NCBI GenBank assembly: GCA_963695555.1 | Contig: CAVOGR010000001.1 | Span: forward strand, 480,001 to 544,000 | Source of the DNA: an uncultured Gemmatimonadales bacterium | GTDB taxonomy: Bacteria; Gemmatimonadota; Gemmatimonadetes; Gemmatimonadales; GWC2-71-9 | Reading direction: 5' to 3' | Length of the DNA: 64,000 nucleotides | Part shown: positions 18,761 to 30,195 of the stretch, one piece after another | Position numbering within the stretch: position 1 is the first letter of the stretch | Layout: each line of letters opens with the position of its first letter | The notes under the pieces: generated by a model | What the model was told of the DNA's origin: nothing | Databases searched by the model: none | Seen by the model: the letters and a program-made list of their open reading frames with translations, nothing else | Translations under genes and position numbers: made by a program

Positions 18761-20440
18761 ATGAGCACTTCTGCTGGAGCCGTTCAGGGACTCGATCGGG
18801 AGACCCTCGACATGACGCTCGAGGCCATCCGGGATTTCGCCGATCAGAACCTGCCGCAGGAGCTGCTCCTGGAACTGGATGCCACCCACGAGTTTCCGGA
18901 GGCGCTGATCCGGGCCATGTGCGGCGAGTTGGGCATCCAACTCCTGTTTATTCCCGATGCCTACGGCGGGATGGGAGGCGGCTCGTTCGATGTCTACCGC
19001 GTCTGTGAGCTCATGGGATCCATCGACCTCGGCGTCGCCACCGGGGTGCTGGCCACGTTCCTCGGCAGCGACCCGATTCTCTGGGGCGGCACCGACGAGC
19101 AGAAGGCCCGCTGGATGACCCGTATCGCCGAAGAAGGCCTGCTCATGGCCTACGGCGCGACCGAGCCCGAGGCCGGAAGCGATCTGGGCGCGCTGCGCAC
19201 CACTGCGGCGCGCATCGAGGACGCCGGGACAGTGACCGGCTACCGGTTGAACGGCGCCAAGATGTGGATCAGCAACGGCGGCTTCGCGGATCTGTATAGC
19301 GTGTTGGCCCTGGCGCCCGGCGGACCGACCTGGTTCGTCATGGAAAAGGGCGCTGAGGGGTTCACCTACGGCAAGCCCGAAGACAAGCATGGCATCCGCT
19401 CGAGCAATACGGCGGCGCTCTTCTTCGACAACGTCGGTATTCCGGCCGAGAACCTCATCGGCACGGAGGAGGGCCAGGGGTTGGTGCAGGCGCAGTTGGT
19501 GTTCGGATATACCAGGCTGATGGTCGCCGCGTTCGGGCTTGGGGCAGGATGGGCCGCACTCGACCGTGCGTTGGAATACTCCACTACCCGAATCCAGGCG
19601 GGCGGCCCGCTCTCCGGGAAACAGGGCTACACCCACAAGCTGATCGTGCCGCATGCATGCCGGCTCGAGGCCGGCCGGGCTTTCATCGAAGAGACCGCCA
19701 TGCGGCTGGACGGTGGCGAAGGCAGTCTCAATACCGAGGGTGCCATCGCCAAGTACATCGCAACGGAGGCTGGAAACGATGCCGCGGAGGCGGCGATCCA
19801 GGCCCTCGGTGGGTACGGGTACACGCGCGAGTACATCGTGGAGAAGATCAAGCGGGACGTCCGCATCACCACCATCTACGAAGGCACGTCCGAGATCATG
19901 GAGATGACCATCGCGCGCGATCGGTGGCAAACCCACTTGAAGACGCGCGGGCAGCACTATCATGACGACGCGACCCGGCTGCGGGAGCTGGCCGCGTGCA
20001 GCCCGGGCGTGGGCGCTGATGTGGCTGCGCTCGCGGCGGATGGCCTTGGTCACCTCCTGGAGCGCGCCCGGGTCGGACGGCTCACCCGGAATCAACACGT
20101 GCTGTTCCGGCTGGGTGCGCTGATTGCTCGGGTGGAAGCGGCGGGAGCGCTGGCGCGGCGAGCGGCGGCCGCGGCGAACGGAGCGCTGCCGCCGAAGGCG
20201 GACCAGCGACTGGACCCGGAGTCGCTGGCATTGGCCAGTCGTATTTATGCGCGCGAAGCGGCTTCCGCGGTTGTCTCCGAAGGACTACGCTGGGTGCTTG
20301 GTGCGGACGGGGTGCCGTCGGCGGAGCTCGCGGCATTCGAGGCTTTGCTGGGTACTGGAGCGATCCATTCAGCACAGGCCGGGTTGGTGGACGACATGGA
20401 CCGTCTGGCGCAACGGCTGTATCGGCGGTATGAGGCTTGA
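18761..20440 (+). CDS. Acyl-CoA dehydrogenase family protein with C-terminal extension
   Basis: YGATEPEAGSD, LNGAKMWISNG, EDKHGIRSSNT, IQALGGYGYTREY, IYEGTSEI; GGAG RBS. Confidence 0.93.
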   Translation: MSTSAGAVQGLDRETLDMTLEAIRDFADQNLPQELLLELDATHEFPEALIRAMCGELGIQLLFIPDAYGGMGGGSFDVYRVCELMGSIDLGVATGVLATFLGSDPILWGGTDEQKARWMTRIAEEGLLMAYGATEPEAGSDLGALRTTAARIEDAGTVTGYRLNGAKMWISNGGFADLYSVLALAPGGPTWFVMEKGAEGFTYGKPEDKHGIRSSNTAALFFDNVGIPAENLIGTEEGQGLVQAQLVFGYTRLMVAAFGLGAGWAALDRALEYSTTRIQAGGPLSGKQGYTHKLIVPHACRLEAGRAFIEETAMRLDGGEGSLNTEGAIAKYIATEAGNDAAEAAIQALGGYGYTREYIVEKIKRDVRITTIYEGTSEIMEMTIARDRWQTHLKTRGQHYHDDATRLRELAACSPGVGADVAALAADGLGHLLERARVGRLTRNQHVLFRLGALIARVEAAGALARRAAAAANGALPPKADQRLDPESLALASRIYAREAASAVVSEGLRWVLGADGVPSAELAAFEALLGTGAIHSAQAGLVDDMDRLAQRLYRRYEA

Positions 20441-20496
20441 GTCGACAGCGTGGTTGTCACGCGCGAATCCTCGATGTTGGAAGGCTATGAGAAAGT

Positions 20497-23400
20497 ATGA
20501 AATCGACGGCTGACAGGGCAATCGCTATTGTCGGGGTGGGAGCGGTCCTGCCGGACGCACCGAACGCCGCGTCGTTCTGGACCAACCTTTGTGAAGGTCG
20601 CTACAGCGTGTCCGAGGTCCCAATCGAGCGCTGGGATGTCGCGAGATACTTCGATCCCGATCCCAAGGCCGTGGACAAGACCTATTCGAAGATCGGCGGA
20701 TGGGTACGGGAGTTCGAGTGGAATCCCCTCGGGTGGCGCTTGCCTATTCCACCGAAGGTGAGTGAGGTGATGGACCTCGCCCAAAAGTGGGCGATCGTCT
20801 CGGCCCGGGAGGCCTTGGCGGATTACGGCTATCCCGACCGCGCCCTCGATAAAGAGCGCACCGCAGTGATCATGGGCAACGCACTCGGCGGGGATTATCA
20901 CCTGATGACGGCCATGCGGGTGCTCTTTCCGGAAATCGCCGCGGAACTGACCGGGTCCAAGAGTTTCCAAGCATTGCCCGGGGCAGTGCAACGTGCCGTC
21001 GTCGACGAACTGCGTTCCGGCGTTCAGGCCCGGATCCCAGACATCACGGAAGACACCATGCCCGGCGAGCTGGCGAATATTGTCGCCGGCCGCTTGGCCG
21101 CCCTGTTCGATTTCAAGGGCCCGAACTACATCACCGACGCCGCCTGCGCCTCAGCGATGGCCGCCGTCAACGCGGCGGTCGAAGGGCTGAACGGGCACGA
21201 CTTTGACGCCGTGCTCACCGGCGGCATCGATGCCAACATGAGCCCGTCGACCTTCGTCAAGTTCTGCAAGATCGGAGCACTCTCGGCCACCGGGACCCGC
21301 CCCTATGCGGAGGGAGCCGACGGCTTCGTCATGGGCGAGGGTGCTGCGTGCTTCCTGCTCAAGCGACTCGACGACGCTGAACGTGCGGGCGACCCGATCT
21401 ATGCCGTGATCCGCGGGCTCGGCGGCTCGAGCGACGGACGGGGCAAGGGCATCACAGCCCCCAATCCCGTCGGCCAGCGGTTGGCCGTGGTCCGGGGCTG
21501 GGAGCGACGCGGGCCTGCTTCCCGAGGCAGGCGACTTGGTCGAAGGGCACGGGACCTCGACCAAGGTCGGAGACGTGGTCGAGGTGGAGAGCCTGACGGA
21601 AGTGCTTTCAACGTCACGGTTTGCCAGCGCAATCCGTCGCCTTGGGATCCGTGAAATCCAACATCGGTCACTTGAAGGCGGCTGCGGGGGCCGCGGGCCT
21701 CCTCAAGGCAACGCTCGCACTGCACCACAAGCTCATGCCGCCCAACATCAACTTCCACGCGCCGAATCCCGCAATCGACTTCGTCCGCTCACCGTTCCGC
21801 GTCACCACCGAGCTTCAACCGTGGGAAAAGCCTGGGGTCAACGGAGAGTCAGTACGCCGCGCCGGCGTGAGCGCCTTCGGATTCGGGGGGACCAACTTCC
21901 ATGTCGTGCTGGAGGAGTACGTGCCGGGCCGGCTCGCGCGAGAGCGGACATTGGTGGCTTCGGCCGGACTCACCGCCGGGTCGTCGGAGACAGGTGCGGC
22001 ACTCAAGTCTCCGCTTCGCGGAGCGATGGTCGTGGGTGGTTCCTCCGAAGCCGAGATTGCCAGCCGGCTCCGGCTCATCAAAGCCGAGGCGGATCGAGGA
22101 ATCGCACCGCCGCCCGAGGCGCCGCTCGCACGGGACCTCGCGGCACCCGTCCGACTCGCCATCGACTACGGCGATGCGGCTGACTTGAGCGATCTGGCGG
22201 GCAAGGCGCTGCAGGCGTTCGAGGAGGGACAGGAGGGCAGGTGGCGGGCGCTTCGCAACAAGGGGGTGTACCTCGGACGCGGTACGCCCGGGAAGGTTGC
22301 CTTCCTCTTTACCGGCCAGGGCTCGCAGTACGTGAACATGCTGGCGGAGCTCCGGGCCACGGAACCCATCGTTGCCGAGACGTTTGTCGAGGCCGATCGG
22401 ACGATGGAACCGTTGATTGGACGTCCGCTCACAGATTGCATCTTCGTCGACCCAACCAATGAGGACCTCGCGGCCCAGGCGGCCGAAGGTCTCCGTCAAA
22501 CGGCCATCACTCAGCCGGCCGTGCTCACCGTCGATACGGCGCTCGCTCGTCTGCTCGACGCGTACGGCATCGTGCCCGACATGGTGATGGGCCACAGCCT
22601 CGGCGAGTACGGCGCATTGGTGGCGGCTCAGGCACTCCCGTTTGCCGGTGCCCTGACCGCCGTTGCGGCGCGCGGCAAGGCGATGACCGAACTGTCCCTT
22701 GGAGACAACGGTCTCATGGCTGCCGTGTTCGGACCGGTTGACCGCGTCGAAGCGCTGTTGCGGGACACGCCGGGTTACGTCGTGGTCGCCAACCTGAATA
22801 GCAGGAAGGAATGCGTGATCGGCGGGGCCACCAAGGCGGTCGAGGCCGCGATGACCGCACTTCAGGCGGAAGGACTGCGTGTCGCACAGCTTCCGGTGAG
22901 TCACGCGTTTCATACCAAGATCGTAGAGCCGGCAGCGGCACCGCTCACCGACGTGTTGACGGGGCTCGGCGTTCGGCCTGCCGCAATCCCAACCATCTCG
23001 AATGTGACCGGTGAATTCTATCCCATGGGTCAGGGCGTAGAGCCGCAGATGATCGAACTCCTGGGCCGCCAGATCGGGTCGCCGGTGCAATTCGTGAAGG
23101 GCCTCAACACGCTCTATGAGTCAGGCGCCCGAGTGTTCGTGGAGTTGGGTCCGAAGCGCGTCCTGTACGGCCTGGCCGACGATGTGCTGGGTGAGCGCGC
23201 CGGTTTCGCCGCGTTCTACACCAATCATCCTCGAACCGGAGACGTTGCCTCGCTCAACCGCGCGCTGTGCGGACTCTATGCGGAAGGCCTCGGACGTGGC
23301 GCAGAAGAGCCTGTGCCCGAGATTCATGCCGTGTCACCGCGTCCGGCTTCAGCTCACGCGCGTGCAGGCATACCCGCGGCGCCCGCCGTTCCTCAGCTGC

Positions 23401-26400
23401 CGCGTGTCGGAGATGCCGAGTCTCCAGATCGGCTCCTGACCTTGGGCCGCATGTTTGCCGACTTTCTCGAGCAGAGTTTCGAGGTCTACTCCGGCGGTGC
23501 CGCGCGACAGGTCCGAGTTGGGATCACCGGGGCATCACTCGGTCTCCCTGGCACCGAGCGGGTCTTCGAAGAAACCAACCTCGAGCGCATTCTCGGCGGG
23601 GAGGTGTTGATCGGGAACATTCCCGACAGATTCCGCCGTACCATGGCCGACATGCACGTCACACGCTTGGTGAAGGGAGCGGGTGGCGAGGCCAACTTCG
23701 TGTCGGTCAACGACCCCAGCGGCGTCATCAAGCTCGCCGGCATCGGCGGGAAGCTCGACCTGGCGGGCGAGTACGGCTTTCCCGAAGACCGGGTGCAGGC
23801 GCTCGATCGGATTACCCGCCTGGCCATCGCGGCGGGGATCGAAGCCCTGCGCGATGCCGGCATTCCTCTCGTCCGGCGATACAAGACCGCCACTACCGGA
23901 TCGATGCTCCCAGTTGGCTGGAGTCTCCCCGAGGAAATGCGGGATGACACCGCAGTCATCTTCGGGTCGGCGTTCCCTGGAATCGATGCCCTTGCCACGG
24001 CCATGGATGCCTATCATGAAGATCGCTCACGTCGTGGACGGCGTGACGAGCTCCAGGCGTTGCGGACGGGCCTCCTGGCACGTGACGATGCTGCCGCCAT
24101 CGCCGAACTGGATCGACGCATCGAAGCGTTGACCAGTGAGATCGAGGCCAATCCTTTCGAGTTCGACCGCCGGTTCTTGTTCCAGGTGCTCACGATGGGA
24201 CACTCGCAGTTCGCCGAATACATCGGCGCCCGCGGCCCCAACGTCCAAACCAACTCGGCCTGCGCCACCAGCACGCAAGCGGTGGCACTGGCCCAGGACT
24301 GGATCCAGGCGGGACGCTGCCGCCGCGCCATCGTGCTGACCGCGGACGACATCACCACCGACGCGCTGCTGCCTTGGATGGCGAGCGGCTTCCTGGCCTC
24401 GGGCGCTGCTGCTACCGACGAGCGGGTGGAAGATGCGGCCCTGCCGTTCGACCGCCGCCGGCACGGCATGATCATAGGCATGGGAGCCGCCGCCATGGTG
24501 GTGGAAGACCTGGCGGCTGCGGCGGAGCGCGGGATCCAGCCGGTTTGCGAGGTATTGGGGACCATCACCGCCAACAGCGCCTTCCACGGGAGCCGCCTCG
24601 ACGTCGATCACATCGTCGGCGTGATGGAAGAGCTGGTCGCCGGTGTCGAACGCCGCTGGGGCCTGTCCCGGCATCAGATCGCAGCGCAGACCGTGTTCGT
24701 CTCCCACGAGACCTACACGCCGGCCCGCGGCGGGAGTGCGAGCGCAGAAGTGGAAGCGCTCAGGCACGTGTTCGGCGGTGTGGCCGATTCGATCGTGATC
24801 GCCAACACCAAGGGATTCACCGGCCACGCGATGGGAGTGGGAATCGAAGACACCCTGGCGGTCAGGATGCTGGAGACCGGCATCGTCCCGCCCGTTGCCA
24901 ACTTCCGCGAGATCGACCCGGCACTTGGGGCACTCAATCTCAGCCGTGGCGGCAGCTACCCCGTCATGTACGCGCTCAGGCTGGGTGCCGGATTTGGATC
25001 GCAGATCAGCATGATGCTCCTGAAATGGACGCCGCCGCCGGATGGGGCGAGGCGCTCCCCAGGTGACATGGGCTACCAGCACCGCATCGCGGCCCCCCCA
25101 GCATGGCAAGAGTGGCTGACCCGGGTGACCGGATACGATGCGCCAAACTTGGAAGTCGTCCGGCGGACCTTGCGGGTCAAAGATCAGGGACCACCGAAGC
25201 GAGAGCCAGCGCGCAAGCCGCTCAGGCGTGCGCCGGACCTGCCGCTCGTCGGTGCGCCGGTTCGTGAGGCCGGCCCACCACCGGTCCGTCCTCTGTCCCA
25301 TGTTCCCGCTCCCGAATTGGTGACCCGGTCGGCGGCTGTGGTCCACCCGCCTGCAGCCGCTCCAGCCGTGGCCGTCCCGCCTGTGCGCGCGGAAGCGTCC
25401 AAGGTGCCCGGCGCGGATGGAGTGGCCGAACGAATTCTCGCGATCGTCGCCGAACAAACCGGCTATCCAAAGGACATGTTGGCGCTCGATCTCGATCTGG
25501 AAGCCGATCTCGGCATTGATACCGTGAAACAGGCCGAGATGTTCGCCGCCATCCGGGATGCGTATAACATCGAACGAGATGAGAACCTGGCCTTACGAGA
25601 CTATCCGACCCTCGCGCGGGCAATCGAGTTCGTGTATGAGAAACGTCCCGACCTGAAGCAGGTCGGGGCAGCTGCTCCCATTGCCACGACCGTACCATCT
25701 CCGTCGGCCGCCCCCGCGCCGCCACTCGTCGCAATCCCGTCGGATGGCATCCGGGAGCGGGTCCTCGCGATCGTGGCCGAGCAGACCGGGTATCCGCCCG
25801 ACATGCTCGACCTCGACCTCGACCTCGAGGCCGATCTGGGCATCGACACGGTGAAGCAGGCGGAGATGTTTGCCGCCATTCGGGAGGTCTACGGCATCGA
25901 GCGCGACGAAACGCTCGCGTTGCGCGACTATCCAACCCTCGCGCGGGCCATCGAGTTCGTGTACGAGAAACGTCCCGACCTGAAGCAGAGTGGCGTTGCC
26001 ACTGCCGCTTCTCCAGCAGCTCCAATTGTTCAGCCAACTTCCACGGCTCGACCCGCTGCCGCCGAAGCTGACAGCGTGCGGGAGCGGGTCCTTGCCATTG
26101 TGGCCGAGCAGACCGGGTATCCGCCGGACATGCTCGACTTGGACCTCGACCTCGAGGCCGATCTCGGCATCGACACGGTAAAGCAGGCGGAAATGTTCGC
26201 CGCCATCCGGGAGGTCTACAGCATCGAGCGTGACGAGACGCTCGCGCTGCGCGACTATCCAACCCTGGCGCACGCGATCGAGTTCGTGTTCGAGAAGCGT
26301 CCCGACCTCCGGGGAACCAGGCCCGATGCAAAGGCGGAGCTGCAGGCCGCGCCGCCGGTGGAGCAAGACGTCGCATTACCTGACTCCGACCGTGTGGTGC

Positions 26401-29201
26401 GCGACAGCGTGCTATCGATCGTGGCCCAACAGACGGGGTATCCGCCCGATATGCTCGACCTCGATCTCGATCTCGAGGCCGATCTCGGTATCGACACGGT
26501 GAAGCAGGCGGAAATGTTTGCCGCCATCCGGGAGGTGTACAGCATCGAGCGGGACGAAACGCTGGCGCTCCGCGATTATCCAACCCTAGCGCACGCGATC
26601 GAGTTCGTGTTCGAGAAGCGGCCGGACCTGCGAAGCGGGACCCCGCCCGATGCAAGACCGGTCGTTTCTTCGGACTCAGCGATCGTACCGCCAAGCGCAA
26701 CCACGGTGCATACTGGCCCGGTATACGCAGGCTCGGAAGCGGCGGCGCAGGCGGTGCCGCGCCGCGTGCCGGTTGCACTGCTGCGGCCGCCGGCCTCGCG
26801 ATTCACTCGAACCGGCGTTCAGCTCGGAGCAGGCGACCGAGTACTCGTGGCCTTGGACGTGGGCGGCGTGGGGAAGGCTCTGGTCCGGCAGCTGACCAAG
26901 CGCGGGGTGACGGCTCTGGTCCTGGATGATTGTACCGATCCGGAGGATCTGCAGCGCCGAATCGGCGAGTGGACCGCCGACGGTCCTATCAATGGGGTGT
27001 ATTGGCTGCCGGCGCTCGACCCGGTGAGTGATGCCGACCTGCTCGATCCCGAGGCGAGGTTGGTTGCCATCAACTGCCGGATCAAGTCGCTGTTCCGACT
27101 CATGCGGGCGCTATATGATCAGCCACTGTTCCTCATCACAGCCACGCGGCTCGGCGGGAAGCACGGCTACGATGAAGCCGGCGCCACCGACACGATTGGT
27201 GGTGCGGTTGTCGGCTTTACCAAGGCGTTTGCTAGAGAAAGGCCCGAGTGCCTGGTGAAGGCCGTTGATTTTGCTCCGTCGCGGAAGACGACAGCCGTGG
27301 CCGACCAGCTGATTGACGAGACTCTGTACGACAAGGGTATCGTCGAAATCGGCTACGGGGATGGCCATCGGTGGACGGTGGGTCTCGAGTCCCGGGCCAT
27401 TGAGTTTGGTGACCAACTGAGCGGTGCCGATCGAGTATTCGTTGTCACAGGCGCGGCTGGAAGCATCGTGTCCGCCATCGTGGCCGACTTAGCGGCGGCC
27501 TCGAAGGGAATCTTCTGGCTACTCGACCTTACTCCGGAACCAAATCCCGACGATGCCGACCTCCAGCGGCTCGAGTCGGATCGTGACGGGCTCAAGCGGG
27601 ATCTGTTCGACCGCCTGAAGCGATCGGCAGAGCGCGTGACCCCCGCCATGGTGGAGCAGGAGATCACGCGGATCGAACGATCCCGGGCGGCGCTCGCCTC
27701 GATTCGTGCGGTCGAAGCGCTTGGAGGACACGCTCGGTATCGCGCGGTGGACCTGAGGGATGTCGATCGGGTGGCACAGGTGATGTCCGAAGTCGTCCAG
27801 GAGAGTGGACGGGTCGACGTGCTGCTGCATGCGGCGGGGCTCGAGGTCAGCCGCCCCCTTCCCAAGAAGGAGCCTCGTGAGTTCGACCTCGTCTTCGACG
27901 TCAAGATCGACGGGTGGTTCAACCTGCTTCGAGGCTTGGGCGATGCCCCGCTGGGTGCCGCGGTGGTATTCAGCTCGATCGCCGGCCGCTTCGGCAACGC
28001 CGGGCAGACCGACTATAGCGCGGCCAACGACATGCTCTGCAAGGCCATGTCGGCACTACGCCGCACCAGACCGGATACCCGCGGAATTGCCATTGATTGG
28101 ACGGCATGGGCGGACATCGGGATGGCCACGCGCGGGTCCATACCCGCCATCATGAAGCAGGCGGGGATCGACATGCTGGCGCCCGAGGCTGGAATCCCCG
28201 TGGTCCGTCGGGAATTGACCGCCGGCACCCGGGGAGAGGTGGTGATCGCGGACGGCCTCGGCATCATGCTGGACGAGACCCAGGCCAGAGACGTAATGCT
28301 GGGCGGAGCCGAGTCGTCGGCGGCTGGGCTCATGGTCGGAACGGTCGAATCGTTTGGTCCCTACGGCGGGCTCGTCGTTCAGACCCGGCTCGACCCCGAG
28401 GCCCAGCCGTTTCTCCGGGACCACCAGATCGACGGCACGGCCGTGCTGCCGGGTGTGATGGGGCTCGAAGCGATGTCCGAGGCCGCGCTCGTCGGATTTC
28501 CCGACCGGTTCGTCGGCGCCCTCGAGCGCGTCGAGTTTCTGCAGCCGTTCAAGTTCTATCGCGGCGAGGCGCGCACCGTCACGGTCAAGGTTCAGTACGC
28601 CCTCGACGGTAAGGATATCCTGGCCAACTGCCGGCTCGAGGGGTCGCGGCAGCTGCACGGCCGGACGGAGCCCGAGGTCACGACCCACTTCACCGGCACC
28701 GTCCGGCTTACAGCGAAGCCGCCCGACGAGGCACGCTTACGCAGCGTGCCGCCGGTGTCGGACGCCGTGGTAGGAAGCGATGCGATCTACCATGTCTACT
28801 TCCACGGCCCCTCCTATCGCGTGGTGGGCAACGCCTGGCGGGCCAAGGACGTCCTGGCCGGTCAGCTCGCGCGCGGCCTGCCCGCCGGGCAGGAGCCGGC
28901 TGGCGGGTCTACCATTGTCGCGCCGCGGCTCGTGGAGCTCGCATTTCAGACTGCTGGTCTTGCCGAGATCGCGCAGTCGGAGCGCATGGGCCTGCCGAGC
29001 CGGATCGAACGCCTCGAGTTCCGGCGTGCGGCCAACGGCGAACCGGACGGTTCAACCGCGCTGGTCGAGGAAGCCGGCGATGGAGCATTCGACGTCGACG
29101 TGACCGACAAGACCGGTCGTGTCTTGCTGTCGTTGCGCGGATACCGGACCAACCCGCTGGGCCGGGTTGAGAACGCCCCGTTCCAGGCGCTCAAGGCCTG
29201 A
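20497..29201 (+). CDS. Pfa-like iterative type I polyketide/fatty-acid synthase KS-AT-KS-ACPx4-KR-DH (about 2900 aa when joined), interrupted by two +1 frameshifts near 21505 and 21605
   Basis: KS1 DAACAS / EGHGTST / NIGHLK; AT GQGSQ, GHSLG, HAFH; KS2 NSACAT / SHETYT / TGHAMG; four [13 protein letters not shown]s; [39 protein letters not shown]. The ORF track splits it into 20497..21654, 21536.. and 21621..29201. Confidence 0.92.
25420..26630 (+). repeat. Four tandem ACP-coding direct repeats (about 230 bp each) separated by Ala/Pro-rich linkers
   Basis: Near-identical [36 protein letters not shown]...[21 protein letters not shown] units starting near 25420, 25750, 26077 and 26395, differing mainly at third codon positions. 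Confidence 0.95.
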
Positions 29202-29920
29202 TGGAAGCGACGATTCGTACAACGGCCGGGCCCGGCACGGTGGTCACGCTGGTGACTGGACGAGCCGGGAAGGTTCCCGCCGGCGACCGGTGGCTTTCCC
29301 CTCTCGAGCGGTCGGTCGAGGCGAGACTCCGCTGGCCCAAGCGCCGGTCGGACTGGCGGCTTGGCCGGTGGGTCGCGAAACGGGCGGTCATCGCCTGCTT
29401 GCAGGACGAGCAAATCGAGCCGCCCGACATCGAAATTCTCGCGCAGGAAACCGGCGCACCCGGTGCCCGCGTTCTCTCGGGCCCGGTCACGGTTCCGGTG
29501 AGCGTCTCCATAAGCCATAGCGATGGAGTTGGCCTGGCCGCCGCCGCCGTTGGCGACGTCGCGCTCGGATGTGATGTGGAGCGGATTGAACCACGCACCG
29601 AACGGTTTGTCGCGGATTACTTCACCGCTGCGGAGCGGGAGCGGGTCGCTCGGACCGTGGCGGTCGATCGTCCGACGGTCGTCACGCTCATCTGGAGTGC
29701 CAAGGAAGCCGCGCTCAAGGTGCTGGGGGAAGGCATGCGTCTCGATGCCAGGGCCGTCAGCGTCGAAGTACCCATTGGGCCGCACGCGGCCTGGGACCAG
29801 CGTTCCGCGTTCCGCGTCCGGCTGCCGGATGCTCGGTGGATTCCGGGGTGGTGTTGGGTCGGCGACGGGTTCGTCTGGACGATCCTGGGTGACCGCCCGG
29901 CGACCATCGCGCTCGCCTGA
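29201..29920 (+). CDS. 4'-phosphopantetheinyl transferase, Sfp-type
   Basis: SVSISHS, LGCDVE, WSAKEAALKVLGEG; TGATG overlap with the PKS stop. Confidence 0.92.
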   Translation: MEATIRTTAGPGTVVTLVTGRAGKVPAGDRWLSPLERSVEARLRWPKRRSDWRLGRWVAKRAVIACLQDEQIEPPDIEILAQETGAPGARVLSGPVTVPVSVSISHSDGVGLAAAAVGDVALGCDVERIEPRTERFVADYFTAAERERVARTVAVDRPTVVTLIWSAKEAALKVLGEGMRLDARAVSVEVPIGPHAAWDQRSAFRVRLPDARWIPGWCWVGDGFVWTILGDRPATIALA

Positions 29921-30101
29921 TTCTCCAGAACACAACCAGTTCCCCACCAATTCGGCCACACGCCCGGCTTGCTTGGGACCGGGAAGGTTTCCTCCATTGC
30001 GACTCGTGGTCGGGGAAGGGCTCCCTGCCGGTCACGAGGGCGACCAACCGTGCACATCGCTAAGCTCTTGCCCGCCAACACACTCACAATTCTTGGCGGG
30101 G

Positions 30102-30116
30102 TGGTACGGAGAATGC
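30102..30116 (+). promoter_or_regulatory. Sigma54 -24/-12 promoter
   Basis: TGGTACGGAGAATGC (GG-N10-GC), 80 bp upstream of ATG 30196. Confidence 0.65.
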
Positions 30117-30195
30117 TTCTACCTGTAGATGTGCCCGAGGCGTAGGTGGGCCTCGGCTGGTCGTTCAACATCTAGGACGAAGGAGCTGGACTATT

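Noticed and set aside
21495..21615. Programmed ribosomal frameshifting in the PKS
   Set aside because: No slippery heptamer or homopolymer at either site, and two successive +1 shifts would be needed; error or mutation is more parsimonious.
25420..26630. Repeated DNA units considered as a CRISPR array or mobile repeat
   Set aside because: Units are about 230 bp, in frame, vary at synonymous sites and encode ACP domains; no cas genes.
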